Positions 19,694-28,887 of a stretch of DNA of 64,000 nucleotides are shown piece after piece. The stretch lies in the IMG/VR virus record IMGVR_UViG_3300045988_098886; one strand, given 5' to 3'. This DNA is from a virus. A model generated the notes under the pieces. It was given only the letters and a program-made list of their open reading frames with translations, was not told the DNA's origin and did no database searches. The position numbers were made by a program, and so were the translations under genes. The first letter of the stretch is position 1; every line of letters starts with the position of its first letter.

Positions 19694-19918
19694 TCAAATT
19701 TCTTCTTTAGAGTTTGGAGGAAAGCAAAAATTGTTGTGGCACATTTGCTTCCAAGTGTCCTCACTTTCCTCGTAGAATTTATCCACTACTTTATCATCAC
19801 GCCTTTCCATAAGACCAGCAGCCCATAAGAGCTGGTGAAATCTCATCTCTGGATGCTCTGCCATCAAATTTGTCAATTTAAATATGATAGCTTTATTATA
19901 CATCAATCTTTGTGTCAT
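19694..19918 (-). CDS. hypothetical protein (74 aa)
   Basis: ORF track. Confidence 0.5.
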   Translation of the reverse strand: MTQRLMYNKAIIFKLTNLMAEHPEMRFHQLLWAAGLMERRDDKVVDKFYEESEDTWKQMCHNNFCFPPNSKEEI

Positions 19919-19920
19919 GA

Positions 19921-20283
19921 TTAAAATGGTAAATATTCGTGAAGTATCTTTCCAATCTGTTTTGCCATCTCGGCTGGAGTTTTAATTCCAAATGTGGGGA
20001 ACTCTGTACAGCCATACATAAAGTCCTCACACATAATAGCAAGCCCCTTTATAAACTTCTCTGGAAGGGGGTCTTTAGCAGTAATCTGCATTAATATCTT
20101 ATAAGGAGTGATATCTGGCTTTTGCTGTTTGGCTTTCATAGTCAAATGGCAAGTCAGAGCAATCACTGCAAACTTATTATTGACGTCAACATTCAAATAT
20201 CCGAGAGAAAAATTCTCGTTATAAATGTCTTTCATTTCTTCATACGTCATATCGTAATATTCCATTAAATAGGTGTCTCCCAT
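19921..20283 (-). CDS. hypothetical protein (120 aa)
   Basis: ORF track. Confidence 0.6.
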   Translation of the reverse strand: MGDTYLMEYYDMTYEEMKDIYNENFSLGYLNVDVNNKFAVIALTCHLTMKAKQQKPDITPYKILMQITAKDPLPEKFIKGLAIMCEDFMYGCTEFPTFGIKTPAEMAKQIGKILHEYLPF

Positions 20284-21299
20284 GGATTTACTGTATAAAA
20301 TGCAACCATGCGCAGTAATTTAGTAAATTCTGCAAATCCTCTTAACATTTCTTTCTTTGTGACTTTATATACTCCAGCAAAGTAATTGGGAACTGTAGAT
20401 ATTAATAACATATTAGCTTTCATATCTGGATTTTTAAGTCCATATATCTTTTCAGCAGCCAACATTAACATCCAACCATACATTCCCATTTGTCGATAGT
20501 AGTGATATTGTTCCCAACTTTCACTAAATCGAGTCAAATAATGACCAGTAGTTTTTAAGTCATTCAATGTGATAAGGTTCTCATCCGGACATATTGTGTA
20601 ATTATCCAGTTTAGCCTTTAGCTTTAATATGAACGGCTCATGTTCAGGCACACTTACTTCAACATCAATCAAAACCGCTTGTTCATTTAAAGACATAGGT
20701 GGAGTCATTATATAAGAAGGGTTTAACAAAGACTGTATCTCTGTATTTCTTCTTGCTGAATCCAAACAGGCTTGTAACCTTTCCCTTGATTTAGCATCCA
20801 AATAAATTGGAGTTCTAGCTTTATCAAAACTATCTCCATATTCGTATGTCTTACGTTGTACGAAGTAGTCATCACATTTAATTCTAAGGGTTTCTATCCT
20901 TTCTTCTGTCATTTTCCCTTTGTAGTAGTCAATTTTATCAGACGCGGCTATAATATCATCTTCTGTGACTACACCATTTTTACAAAATGTAGGATAGAGT
21001 TCATCAGCCATAAATCCTGCTTTTGCTGTCGGTCTATCAACCGATTCTACTAAGACAAAATCATTAGGCTGTAATATTAACTCATGAACAGCAGAACCAA
21101 ACACTAGAGAATCGGAATAGATAGTTTTTATTCCTTCGAAATATAATTTAGGAGACCCTCCTTGTTCAGGGTTTATATATTTAAGTCTCGAATTACTGAT
21201 ATAATCTCTATATCCATTTCCGAAATACTCATCATCACTGATGTCAAGTATTCGGAGTGTTTCTACAAGGGGACGTAACTTAATATCCTCAAGCTTCAT
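20265..21299 (-). CDS. PD-(D/E)XK exonuclease, RecE/exonuclease VIII-like (DUF3799-type)
   Basis: YISNSRLKYINPEQGGSPKLY..SLVFGSAVHELILQP and later LNDLKTTG fit the pattern S.S.LK..sP..y...fGsa.H..vL and DLKT that I recall for this family. Confidence 0.5.
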   Translation of the reverse strand: MKLEDIKLRPLVETLRILDISDDEYFGNGYRDYISNSRLKYINPEQGGSPKLYFEGIKTIYSDSLVFGSAVHELILQPNDFVLVESVDRPTAKAGFMADELYPTFCKNGVVTEDDIIAASDKIDYYKGKMTEERIETLRIKCDDYFVQRKTYEYGDSFDKARTPIYLDAKSRERLQACLDSARRNTEIQSLLNPSYIMTPPMSLNEQAVLIDVEVSVPEHEPFILKLKAKLDNYTICPDENLITLNDLKTTGHYLTRFSESWEQYHYYRQMGMYGWMLMLAAEKIYGLKNPDMKANMLLISTVPNYFAGVYKVTKKEMLRGFAEFTKLLRMVAFYTVNPWETPI

Positions 21300-21519
21300 T
21301 TACCTGTAACTCAAGTTTATAGGTTGCATTGGGAGCATCTAATTCATCAGCGGATTCATATACATACATAAGTCCTTCTTCGAAGTTCATATCAATACAA
21401 TATACTTTGTCTCCCGCTTTATATTTACCAATGTCCTTGATAAATACACAATTCATAAAAGCTATAAAAAGATTATCGCATAGGTCCCAACTTCCCCAAG
21501 TAAATAATTGTTTTTCCAT
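21289..21519 (-). CDS. hypothetical protein (76 aa)
   Basis: ORF track. Confidence 0.5.
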   Translation of the reverse strand: MEKQLFTWGSWDLCDNLFIAFMNCVFIKDIGKYKAGDKVYCIDMNFEEGLMYVYESADELDAPNATYKLELQVNEA

Positions 21520-22028
21520 TAACCGTAGGTTTTCATAAAGCAGTAGGCATCCATAATTTCGTCCTTACAAAGAGAGAAAACCTTATACATAGGAAAGTCA
21601 GAAGTTCTTTCAGTGTGATATACCAATGCAGGAAGTCCTGAATTGTGACATTTCAGTACATTACTAATTGAATCGTCTATAAATACATCAACTTTACCTT
21701 TAATCATATCAGCTTTATTGCCATGCTGATAGACCATTTGATAAATTGGAGCTTTAGGGAATCCATTCATCTCCAACCACTTCTTAGTCCATTCTTTGTT
21801 ATTTACTCTCTTTGTGCAATACAGAGCTGGCTGGAAATCCGGCATATTAATAACCTTCAAACCAAGCCAGAAATCTCTGTCTTTGGATAATACCTGCTGC
21901 ACGTTTTTAGTAATTATACTATCTTCGAGCATACGTGGATTATTCTTTGTATCAAAATACTCACAATATGCTCCCCAAAAGTCGGCTAGACAATCGTCAA
22001 TGTCCAGTCCAATTCTAAATCTCTTCAT
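21519..22028 (-). CDS. 5'(3')-deoxyribonucleotidase (HAD, NT5C-like)
   Basis: N-terminus RIGLDIDDCLADF (DxDxx.aDF) and a late VFIDDS motif. Confidence 0.6.
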   Translation of the reverse strand: MKRFRIGLDIDDCLADFWGAYCEYFDTKNNPRMLEDSIITKNVQQVLSKDRDFWLGLKVINMPDFQPALYCTKRVNNKEWTKKWLEMNGFPKAPIYQMVYQHGNKADMIKGKVDVFIDDSISNVLKCHNSGLPALVYHTERTSDFPMYKVFSLCKDEIMDAYCFMKTYG

Positions 22029-22045
22029 GTAAAAATTTAATTCGT

Positions 22046-22258
22046 TTATAAAGCGTCTATATCAATGACATCGCCTACTTGAGCATTAGCTGCTTCAACG
22101 ATATCAACAAACTCATTCCAATCTCCAGGATAATCTAAATCCCAGAGATTTACATAAGTTTCAATGATTTTATCCTTAGCTTCCTGAAGACTTCTGGCTG
22201 TAACTTTTTCAATCCAGACGCTATCAGATGTGCCAAAAGGAACTACGTATGTGTTCAT
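22046..22258 (-). CDS. hypothetical protein (70 aa)
   Basis: ORF track. Confidence 0.5.
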   Translation of the reverse strand: MNTYVVPFGTSDSVWIEKVTARSLQEAKDKIIETYVNLWDLDYPGDWNEFVDIVEAANAQVGDVIDIDAL

Positions 22259-23058
22259 TCACAAACATCATCAAAGGTTTCAATAATATCAATCATCTCC
22301 TCTGGAAGAACATCCCATACTTGGTCAAAGATAGTTTGTGGCATTTTTTCGTAATAAGCATAAGCAATACTTCCAGCCATAGCTGCAATAGTATCACTAT
22401 CTCCGCCCATAGAAATAGCCAGTTTCAAACAATCTTCATAGTCTTCAGATTCCAGAAATGCAAGCAAAGCAATTGGAACGCTGCCTTGACAAGTAGAGTC
22501 AAAATGGTATCCCGGGCGAATTTCATCAAGAGTTTTTTCGGTATACTCAGGATAATAGTTATCCAAAACGTACCAAATTTGATTCTTAGTAATAGAATCA
22601 TGCTTGGCTCGATAAATAGCTAGTGCGATAGCTTGAGCGCCCTTTACTCCCTCTGGGTCATTATGAGAACACAGGGCAGAATTCTTGGCAAGTTCAAGAC
22701 ATTCTTTTGCGTTATGCGCATAGAATCCAACAGGACTAACACGCATAGCAGAACCATTTCCATAACTTCCATAAGGAACAGGATTATCTATCCATTTACG
22801 GAACATTCCTCCATATCCTCTATTGGGATGTTTCTTACACATTTCCTGAATACATTCTCCAAATTGCTCCGGAGTAGGATTCTTGTATTTCAAAATAGCA
22901 TTTGCTACTCCAATAGTACAAACTGTATCATCAGTAAAATCATTACCTGTTCTTACTAAACGAACAGCTTCATACAGTTTTGTTCTTCCAAATTTTGCTT
23001 CATAGGAGGAACCGCAGACATCTCCTGCGATTGCTCCAAATAGTACATAGTCCATCAT
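22255..23058 (-). CDS. ADP-ribosylglycohydrolase family protein (ARH/DraG-like)
   Basis: GAIAGDVCGSSYE near the N-terminus and MGGDSDTIAAMAGSIAYAYY near the C-terminus are the two hallmark metal-binding motifs. Confidence 0.8.
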   Translation of the reverse strand: MMDYVLFGAIAGDVCGSSYEAKFGRTKLYEAVRLVRTGNDFTDDTVCTIGVANAILKYKNPTPEQFGECIQEMCKKHPNRGYGGMFRKWIDNPVPYGSYGNGSAMRVSPVGFYAHNAKECLELAKNSALCSHNDPEGVKGAQAIALAIYRAKHDSITKNQIWYVLDNYYPEYTEKTLDEIRPGYHFDSTCQGSVPIALLAFLESEDYEDCLKLAISMGGDSDTIAAMAGSIAYAYYEKMPQTIFDQVWDVLPEEMIDIIETFDDVCE

Positions 23059-23360
23059 TGATAATTGGCTGAGTTTTTAATAGTTATTTCTTTGTTGTAG
23101 AAATTGAATCCTTCGGGAGTCCCAAAATCTGTTAATGAAAAACAGTTGTCTATTGCTCCTTCAAAAATTTCGTCATCCGCGTCTTTGTTAAACACTTTAA
23201 CAATTATTCCTTTAAAACTCTTAAGTGATGGCTCTATTGCGAGAACAACGTAATCGTAACCATGACAGGCATACCTAAGAAGGCATGGATAAGGAAGTGT
23301 TTCAGACGTTATAGTAGATGTAATTTTTACGCCCTCTATTTTAGGAGTTGATTTAATCAT
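23055..23360 (-). CDS. hypothetical protein (101 aa)
   Basis: ORF track. Confidence 0.55.
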   Translation of the reverse strand: MIKSTPKIEGVKITSTITSETLPYPCLLRYACHGYDYVVLAIEPSLKSFKGIIVKVFNKDADDEIFEGAIDNCFSLTDFGTPEGFNFYNKEITIKNSANYQ

Positions 23361-24277
23361 AATTCAATTGTTTTAATTGGATTTAAGTTAAATGAACTTG
23401 GGGTTATTTGAACTTTATCCTTTGTAAGAATTACATTCTTACTTAAAGATTCAGGCGGATAAAGATAAGTAGGAATCCTTGAGTTTTCCAAATACTTACA
23501 AAAGTGTGCTCCAAATGCAACATTAGTTACATTCTCCTCAAGAATTTTCTCTTCGAGATATTCAAACACTCCTTCGTCAAGTCCTTTTGAACTTCTACCA
23601 GAAGGCATTAACGGCAATAGAACATGATACTTAATATCACTACCATAGCGTTTCCACTCTTTAATAAAATCATCAACAGAGTCTTTGGCAGAAATAATGT
23701 GATGGATATTCACATTGGTATCACCCATTGTAATTAAGTTGACAATAGCCATATCAGCATTCCTTTTTAATGCTTTATTGCCAAGACTTACTGCCACTCC
23801 ACCAACAAAGTTCCGAGTATACTCAAGCAATTCTCTACTAGTTTTAATATTGGACAGTGTAATACCGTTAGTAGTGTAATTAGGAACCACTCCAGTATTA
23901 TACACAGTTTCCAAGAACTTACAAAAGTCTGGATGAATGGTAGGTTCACCAGTAGAACCGATAGCAATTTGGAATGGCTTGCTGGTAAATACTGTTCCAT
24001 CTTTTACTTCAGATTGGTACATGTACATCCATTTCTTCCATGTTTCACAAATGTCGGGATAATTTATTCCTTTGTGTGAAGCACTTACATAACAAAAGGG
24101 ACACTCTGCATTACACAGTGTATTAATTCCAACATCATAAAATTCAGCCATATCAGCAGGAAGTTCTTTAGCAACTCCACTACCAAGTCTGATTGTTTTA
24201 AGATTGAACCACAGTGCATTGTAATTATATGCGGGGAACATTCTCTTCTTGGCACCCCAATGTTTAAAATCTTTCAT
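23357..24277 (-). CDS. radical SAM enzyme (subfamily undetermined)
   Basis: CNAECPFCY (CxxxCxxC) and IGSTGEPT (a GGEP-like SAM motif). Confidence 0.75.
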   Translation of the reverse strand: MKDFKHWGAKKRMFPAYNYNALWFNLKTIRLGSGVAKELPADMAEFYDVGINTLCNAECPFCYVSASHKGINYPDICETWKKWMYMYQSEVKDGTVFTSKPFQIAIGSTGEPTIHPDFCKFLETVYNTGVVPNYTTNGITLSNIKTSRELLEYTRNFVGGVAVSLGNKALKRNADMAIVNLITMGDTNVNIHHIISAKDSVDDFIKEWKRYGSDIKYHVLLPLMPSGRSSKGLDEGVFEYLEEKILEENVTNVAFGAHFCKYLENSRIPTYLYPPESLSKNVILTKDKVQITPSSFNLNPIKTIEL

Positions 24278-24288
24278 CTTATTCTTTA

Positions 24289-24813
24289 TTAATTTCGTTC
24301 GTTTTCGGGAAGTTTATTCCATTCTGAATATCCAACAAGTTCAACAATTCTCTTAGTCTCTGGGTCTATTCTGCAATAGCCAGTACAACCTATGACATTG
24401 AGATTGTTGATTATCCATTGAATTGTGCCTCTTCTGGCATCATCAATATCAATCCAGAGACGCTTTTCCAGTTCTTCAATAGACTCTTTAAACATAAGAG
24501 AGTATATTTCTTTGGTAAAGAACTCTCTTTTATTCTCTGGAATTTCATCGAACTTGTAACGATTGTATGAATCATCGAATGTCAGTATTTCCAATTCTCC
24601 ACCCATTCCAGAAGAAGAATCATACTTATTCATTTCCTCATCAGAGAGTTTTTCCCATTCCTTCCAAGAACCTTTAAAATAGTTCTTGTCAGCAATTTCA
24701 ATAATAAGCTGCTTGAGCTCACTGATAGGCATTTCTGCCTTAACAGTGAACACTTCAGAGCTTGAATTTGTAATGATGTCTGATACAGACTGCAAATCTA
24801 TTCCTATTCTCAT
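24289..24813 (-). CDS. ITNSSSE-motif paralogue 1 (174 aa)
   Basis: N-terminus MRIGIDLQSVSDIITNSSSEVF. Confidence 0.7.
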   Translation of the reverse strand: MRIGIDLQSVSDIITNSSSEVFTVKAEMPISELKQLIIEIADKNYFKGSWKEWEKLSDEEMNKYDSSSGMGGELEILTFDDSYNRYKFDEIPENKREFFTKEIYSLMFKESIEELEKRLWIDIDDARRGTIQWIINNLNVIGCTGYCRIDPETKRIVELVGYSEWNKLPENERN

Positions 24814-25124
24814 ACTATTATTGTATAGTTGTCTTCTCCAAATTTCTCCTTTAGAATCGCTCTAATTCCAGCTTCGTAGAATGTTTCAAAGTCCTCAATT
24901 CCATAAGGAACTTCAAGAGATATAGAATATTCACCGTCTTCGGTATATTCCCACACTCCAGGAGACATTTCGTAATCATTTCCAGGAAATAGTTCTTGCA
25001 TGACTTTATATATCTCATTATGAGTCTTTTCGTCTTTAGAATCTATCCTAAGAAATACTTCCGAGCTCGAATTAGTGATAATATCAGAGAGTGATTGAAC
25101 TTTAAATGTTATTTTAAGCTTCAT
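24810..25124 (-). CDS. ITNSSSE-motif paralogue 2 (104 aa)
   Basis: N-terminus MKLKITFKVQSLSDIITNSSSEVF. Confidence 0.7.
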   Translation of the reverse strand: MKLKITFKVQSLSDIITNSSSEVFLRIDSKDEKTHNEIYKVMQELFPGNDYEMSPGVWEYTEDGEYSISLEVPYGIEDFETFYEAGIRAILKEKFGEDNYTIIV

Positions 25125-25130
25125 AATTTT

Positions 25131-25517
25131 TTAATGTCTTGATGTCCAGCAAATTGAGTCATCTATCGCATCTTCGAGAACTTCACAACAATCTTCGAAA
25201 TGGTCTTCAATTTCTACAAAGTAAATGTCGTCAAATTCATCGATACGAGGCATTATGTACGAATCCACAAATTCATTCCAGTCTTCAGAGCTAAAACAAT
25301 CGTCGTCTGGTTCTTCGATATTGAGGAAGTCACATATTAATTCCCTTTCCCAATAATTGTTACGAATCCATTCTTCACCAACTGCATCAATACTAATACA
25401 CCCGTCTGATGGTAGATTATCATAACGTTCTGCATCTCTCTGATGCATTAGGAATGTTTCAGAAGAGGAGTTCGTGATAATATCGGAGATACTTTGTATT
25501 TTTGTTAAAATTTTCAT
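25131..25517 (-). CDS. ITNSSSE-motif paralogue 3 (128 aa)
   Basis: N-terminus MKILTKIQSISDIITNSSSETF. Confidence 0.7.
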   Translation of the reverse strand: MKILTKIQSISDIITNSSSETFLMHQRDAERYDNLPSDGCISIDAVGEEWIRNNYWERELICDFLNIEEPDDDCFSSEDWNEFVDSYIMPRIDEFDDIYFVEIEDHFEDCCEVLEDAIDDSICWTSRH

Positions 25518-25684
25518 ACTTTAATCTTTTTAAATCTACCACATTTTTTACATAAAAAAGTAATTTCTACCCAAGTGGGGCGTTTATCAGTCTCACTCCA
25601 GTATACTTCACTCTCTTTTATTTGTTCCCATTCATGGCAGCATAGGAATTTCTTTTTAAACGCTTCTACTAAGTCTCTAAACAT
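25514..25684 (-). CDS. small Cys-containing protein (about 56 aa)
   Basis: The ORF track gives 25514..25705. I prefer the ATG at 25684 (MFRDLV..), just after the upstream stop. It contains CCHEW..CKKCG. Confidence 0.45.
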   Translation of the reverse strand: MFRDLVEAFKKKFLCCHEWEQIKESEVYWSETDKRPTWVEITFLCKKCGRFKKIKV

Positions 25685-25685
25685 A

Positions 25686-26225
25686 TCAATAACGATAATC
25701 AGCACTGTATAGAGTATCTAATGAGTTCAGAGCTTTGGCAGCCATTTCAGCGTCCTCATTGTCTAATCCATCCTTAACTCTGATATTCAGTTCTTCAAGA
25801 GCTGGCATACAGTCATACTCATCGTTATTTTCCTGCACACAGTATTCTTCGTATGTCAGTGCCCCATTTTCAATTGCAACTCTCTTTACTTCATCGAAAA
25901 TATATTCAAGTGCTTTAGACTTATTTTCACTCCAGTCACCCGTATTCCAGCCATCGGAGTAAATTTTTTCAAGAGATTTAGCATAATCATTATCTCCATC
26001 CTTGATATAATTTCTGATGTAGTCATAGTATGCATCCTCCCATCTGTCATCGAACTTAGTGTCGAATACAAATAGGTCAGAGAACATAAGAGTACTTCCT
26101 ACTGATGCAAGTAAAGAATCCACAATATTTCTGATAATACATTCTGCATCATCGTTCAATACTGTAAATGTTTCAGTGGAGCTGTTAGTAATCAAATCTG
26201 TAATAGATTGAATTTTGATTTTCAT
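25686..26225 (-). CDS. ITNSSSE-motif paralogue 4 (179 aa)
   Basis: N-terminus MKIKIQSITDLITNSSTETF. Confidence 0.7.
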   Translation of the reverse strand: MKIKIQSITDLITNSSTETFTVLNDDAECIIRNIVDSLLASVGSTLMFSDLFVFDTKFDDRWEDAYYDYIRNYIKDGDNDYAKSLEKIYSDGWNTGDWSENKSKALEYIFDEVKRVAIENGALTYEEYCVQENNDEYDCMPALEELNIRVKDGLDNEDAEMAAKALNSLDTLYSADYRY

Positions 26226-26226
26226 T

Positions 26227-26559
26227 TTATCCTAAATGATAACGGTTAATATTTGAATAATCTAGACTTTCTATAAACTCCATTACCCATCCCGGTATGC
26301 TGTTATCTGTTACTGACTCGATGACTAAGTCTCCTCTTTTTATTTTAATGTGTCTGTAAAAATCATAGGTCATATCATTTGATGCTACCCAAGTTTTGTA
26401 CAATTCGCTCGGAACTAATCCGGCAGCGGTTACTACTTCATCAATCAGTTCTTCTATTTCCTGATTTTTACTTTTTTGATTGTGAACTACAAACAACTCA
26501 CTCGAGCTATTTGTTATCACATCTGATATTGACTGCGTCCTCAAGATTACTATCATCAT
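26227..26559 (-). CDS. ITNSSSE-motif paralogue 5 (110 aa)
   Basis: N-terminus MMIVILRTQSISDVITNSSSELF. Confidence 0.7.
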   Translation of the reverse strand: MMIVILRTQSISDVITNSSSELFVVHNQKSKNQEIEELIDEVVTAAGLVPSELYKTWVASNDMTYDFYRHIKIKRGDLVIESVTDNSIPGWVMEFIESLDYSNINRYHLG

Positions 26560-26683
26560 CTAAAAGTGTTTGTAAGTTATTAATTTCTCTTTGGTGATAG
26601 TCTATTTCGTCCTCTAAATCCATAATTATAAGATTATGTTCAAGGATTTGGCTCTCTATCACTTCTCTCTGTTCATTTGTCAT
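26507..26683 (-). CDS. possible small acidic coiled-coil protein (58 aa)
   Basis: My translation: MTNEQREVIESQILEHNLIIMDLEDEIDYHQREINNLQTLLDDDSNLEDAVNIRCDNK. It overlaps paralogue 5 by 53 nt and is below the track cut-off. Confidence 0.3.
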   Translation of the reverse strand: MTNEQREVIESQILEHNLIIMDLEDEIDYHQREINNLQTLLDDDSNLEDAVNIRCDNK

Positions 26684-26686
26684 AAC

Positions 26687-26717
26687 AATAAAAAAGGCGA
26701 CTATTGTTTAGTCGCCT
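26687..26717 (-). terminator. rho-independent terminator
   Basis: RNA: AGGCGACUA-AACAA-UAGUCGCCU followed by UUUUUUAUU. It overlaps the stop of 26701..27096. Confidence 0.65.
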
Positions 26718-27096
26718 TAATTAGTTCATAGAAATATTCTTTTGTCATAATGACATATTCTCCAATAGAGCCCATGTTGACTTCCTTATTTACCTGATAG
26801 TTATGAAACACTACCAATGGTCTGTCTTTACGAGGGCATCCGGGAATAATGTCTTGATACGAGGGCTTATTCTTAGTACATTTGCATTGCACATAGAATG
26901 GTAACGTGTTTGGAATTGTCTCTGCTATATCTATTTTATCAGCATCAAGGTTTTTCGATTCAGAACGAGAGGACTTCAATCCTTCAAATCCAAGTGCCGT
27001 TAATTCCTTGATAATCTTTAACTCATAATTGTTACCCTTCCTCTTTGCATACGCTCCTGTGTGTTTCTTCTTTGGTTTCTCTTGTTCTTCTGCCAT
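26701..27096 (-). CDS. putative Holliday-junction resolvase-like PD-(D/E)XK nuclease
   Basis: KGNNYELKIIKELTALGFEGLKSSRS..DADKIDI..FYVQCKC resembles the Hjc/RecU-type G..E...L...G....R..S...D(I)..(Q/E)xK layout. Confidence 0.4.
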   Translation of the reverse strand: MAEEQEKPKKKHTGAYAKRKGNNYELKIIKELTALGFEGLKSSRSESKNLDADKIDIAETIPNTLPFYVQCKCTKNKPSYQDIIPGCPRKDRPLVVFHNYQVNKEVNMGSIGEYVIMTKEYFYELIKATKQ

Positions 27097-28081
27097 AATA
27101 ATTTACTCCTTCTTGGATTAATTCCAAGGTTTTTTTGTGTCCATACTTCTTGTGAAAATCTGAAATATCCTTAGCATCATAGCTACGAGGTATCATAAGA
27201 CAGACCAAACCAGTTTCTTTTCTAATCTTTTTCATATTAGAAACACCGGCTAGGTCATTGTCATATAACACACAAATGTGCTCAAATCTACTTTTCAATT
27301 CATCAAAAAGAGTTTGCGGAATAAATAAATTCTCAGAGTTAGGCGCTATGGCAGGTATTCCACACGAATAAAAAGTCATTACGTCTTTCAGTGACTTAGT
27401 AATAACCAACACTTTGCCCTTTTTCGGAAGTTGGTCTAGTCCCTGTATCATTTTAGCAGACCAATTAGAAAGGAATCTATACGACTTGCGTTTAGGAAAA
27501 TAAATTCTCCATAGCTCTAGTCCATCCTTTTTACCTTTATAGTAACCATAAATGGGACTTTGTTCGTTGGAAGAAGCAAAATAATTTCCATTTAAAAAAA
27601 TGGATTTACAAGAATATACCCTAAACTTTCTAAGTATGGGTAATGTGATACCATAAGAAGCCCACCACTCAAGCTCCTTTTGAGAGAAATCTTGCATTTC
27701 AATTTGAATACTGGCTGGTCCAGTCTCCTCAAATTTCTCTGCACGTTCATTAATTTTGCCTTTGTTCTTTTTAAGATTTGGGGAAGATATTAGTCCAAAA
27801 TCATTGGCTATGATTTTCAAGGCCTGATGATATGTACAACTAAATTTCCTCATTACAACGCTAATAAAATTTCCGTAGAAATCTCCCTTAAAGTCATTAA
27901 AGATAACATCTCCAGACTTATTCACATAAAATGAACAAGTCGGATGGTCATCAATTCTTAGAGGCGATTTAAATAATCCCTTCTTAACAGGAATACCCAA
28001 ATAGTATTCCATATAAGTTTCTTGGGAGTATTTAGATAACAAATAGTCTTTTGTGATTGTAGGTTCAATCGTAAATTGCAT
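27032..28081 (-). CDS. DNA primase (DnaG-like, Toprim)
   Basis: SPLRIDDHPTCSFYVNK resembles the DnaG CPFHxEKTPSFxV region. A Toprim-like segment is VLVITKSLKDVMTF..ICVLYDNDLAG (DxD). Confidence 0.6.
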   Translation of the reverse strand: MQFTIEPTITKDYLLSKYSQETYMEYYLGIPVKKGLFKSPLRIDDHPTCSFYVNKSGDVIFNDFKGDFYGNFISVVMRKFSCTYHQALKIIANDFGLISSPNLKKNKGKINERAEKFEETGPASIQIEMQDFSQKELEWWASYGITLPILRKFRVYSCKSIFLNGNYFASSNEQSPIYGYYKGKKDGLELWRIYFPKRKSYRFLSNWSAKMIQGLDQLPKKGKVLVITKSLKDVMTFYSCGIPAIAPNSENLFIPQTLFDELKSRFEHICVLYDNDLAGVSNMKKIRKETGLVCLMIPRSYDAKDISDFHKKYGHKKTLELIQEGVNYYGRRTRETKEETHRSVCKEEG

Positions 28082-28106
28082 ATTAACATATTATTTCATT
28101 GAACCA

Positions 28107-28138
28107 CAAAGATAATAGTTTTAAATCTCAATTCCAAA
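28107..28138 (-). promoter_or_regulatory. Bacteroidota-type promoter for the primase operon
   Basis: TTTG (28135-28138), 20 nt, TATCTTTG (28107-28114). Confidence 0.6.
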
Positions 28139-28180
28139 TAACTCTTAATAAGATTAGTAAGAGCTAAGAAATGTTAGCTT

Positions 28181-28879
28181 TTACTTTAAAGAATTAAAGT
28201 CGATTTCGTCAACTGATTGAGTATCAGAAGCTGCATCAGCCGCACTGTTCTTTTTCTCAATGGCGTCGACATCAGTTGGTTTCTTAGCCTTCAATTCTTC
28301 TTTTCTCTTTAAATCATATTCAGTAAAGAATAGATTGTCTCCAATAAAGTTATCAGAAACGAACACTTCACCTTGTTTGTTAAGTGCTAAGAAATAAGGA
28401 AGACGAGGTACGAAATTTCCGTCTTTGTCAGTTGCCCCAATCAATTTCAAATTAGTCTCTGTACCATATTTCGGCTTAAGAATTTTGATGAAGTGGTCAC
28501 ACAACTCACCAAAGCTCTTGAATGGTATACCCTTTAATTTTTCAAACTCAGTTGGGTTCATCACTGTACCTACTTGAGCGATAAAGGACATTGTTCTCTC
28601 GAAATTGCTAGGGCTTTCAACTTCGTGTCCTTCTTTGTTCTGTCTTGTGGGTCTTTTATCATCCCCTTCTTTTGGGAAGAAAATGCTTTCTTCGTAATAG
28701 CCTTCGTTGTTCTCGAATCTAACTTTTAGAATTTCATACACAGCATCAGGGTCTTTCTTACCTTTAAGTGTTTCCACCTTAGCTTCTGCGAGCTTAACTC
28801 TATGAATCTCATAAGGTTTCAATCTAGGTTTAGATGTTGATACTGACGGTGTTGCTGAGAGGTTAAAATTTAATTCCAT
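28181..28879 (-). CDS. hypothetical protein, possible ssDNA-binding protein
   Basis: 232 aa, located in the replication module. The acidic C-terminal tail DTQSVDEIDFNSLK is the only hint. Confidence 0.35.
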   Translation of the reverse strand: MELNFNLSATPSVSTSKPRLKPYEIHRVKLAEAKVETLKGKKDPDAVYEILKVRFENNEGYYEESIFFPKEGDDKRPTRQNKEGHEVESPSNFERTMSFIAQVGTVMNPTEFEKLKGIPFKSFGELCDHFIKILKPKYGTETNLKLIGATDKDGNFVPRLPYFLALNKQGEVFVSDNFIGDNLFFTEYDLKRKEELKAKKPTDVDAIEKKNSAADAASDTQSVDEIDFNSLK

Positions 28880-28887
28880 ATTGTAGA

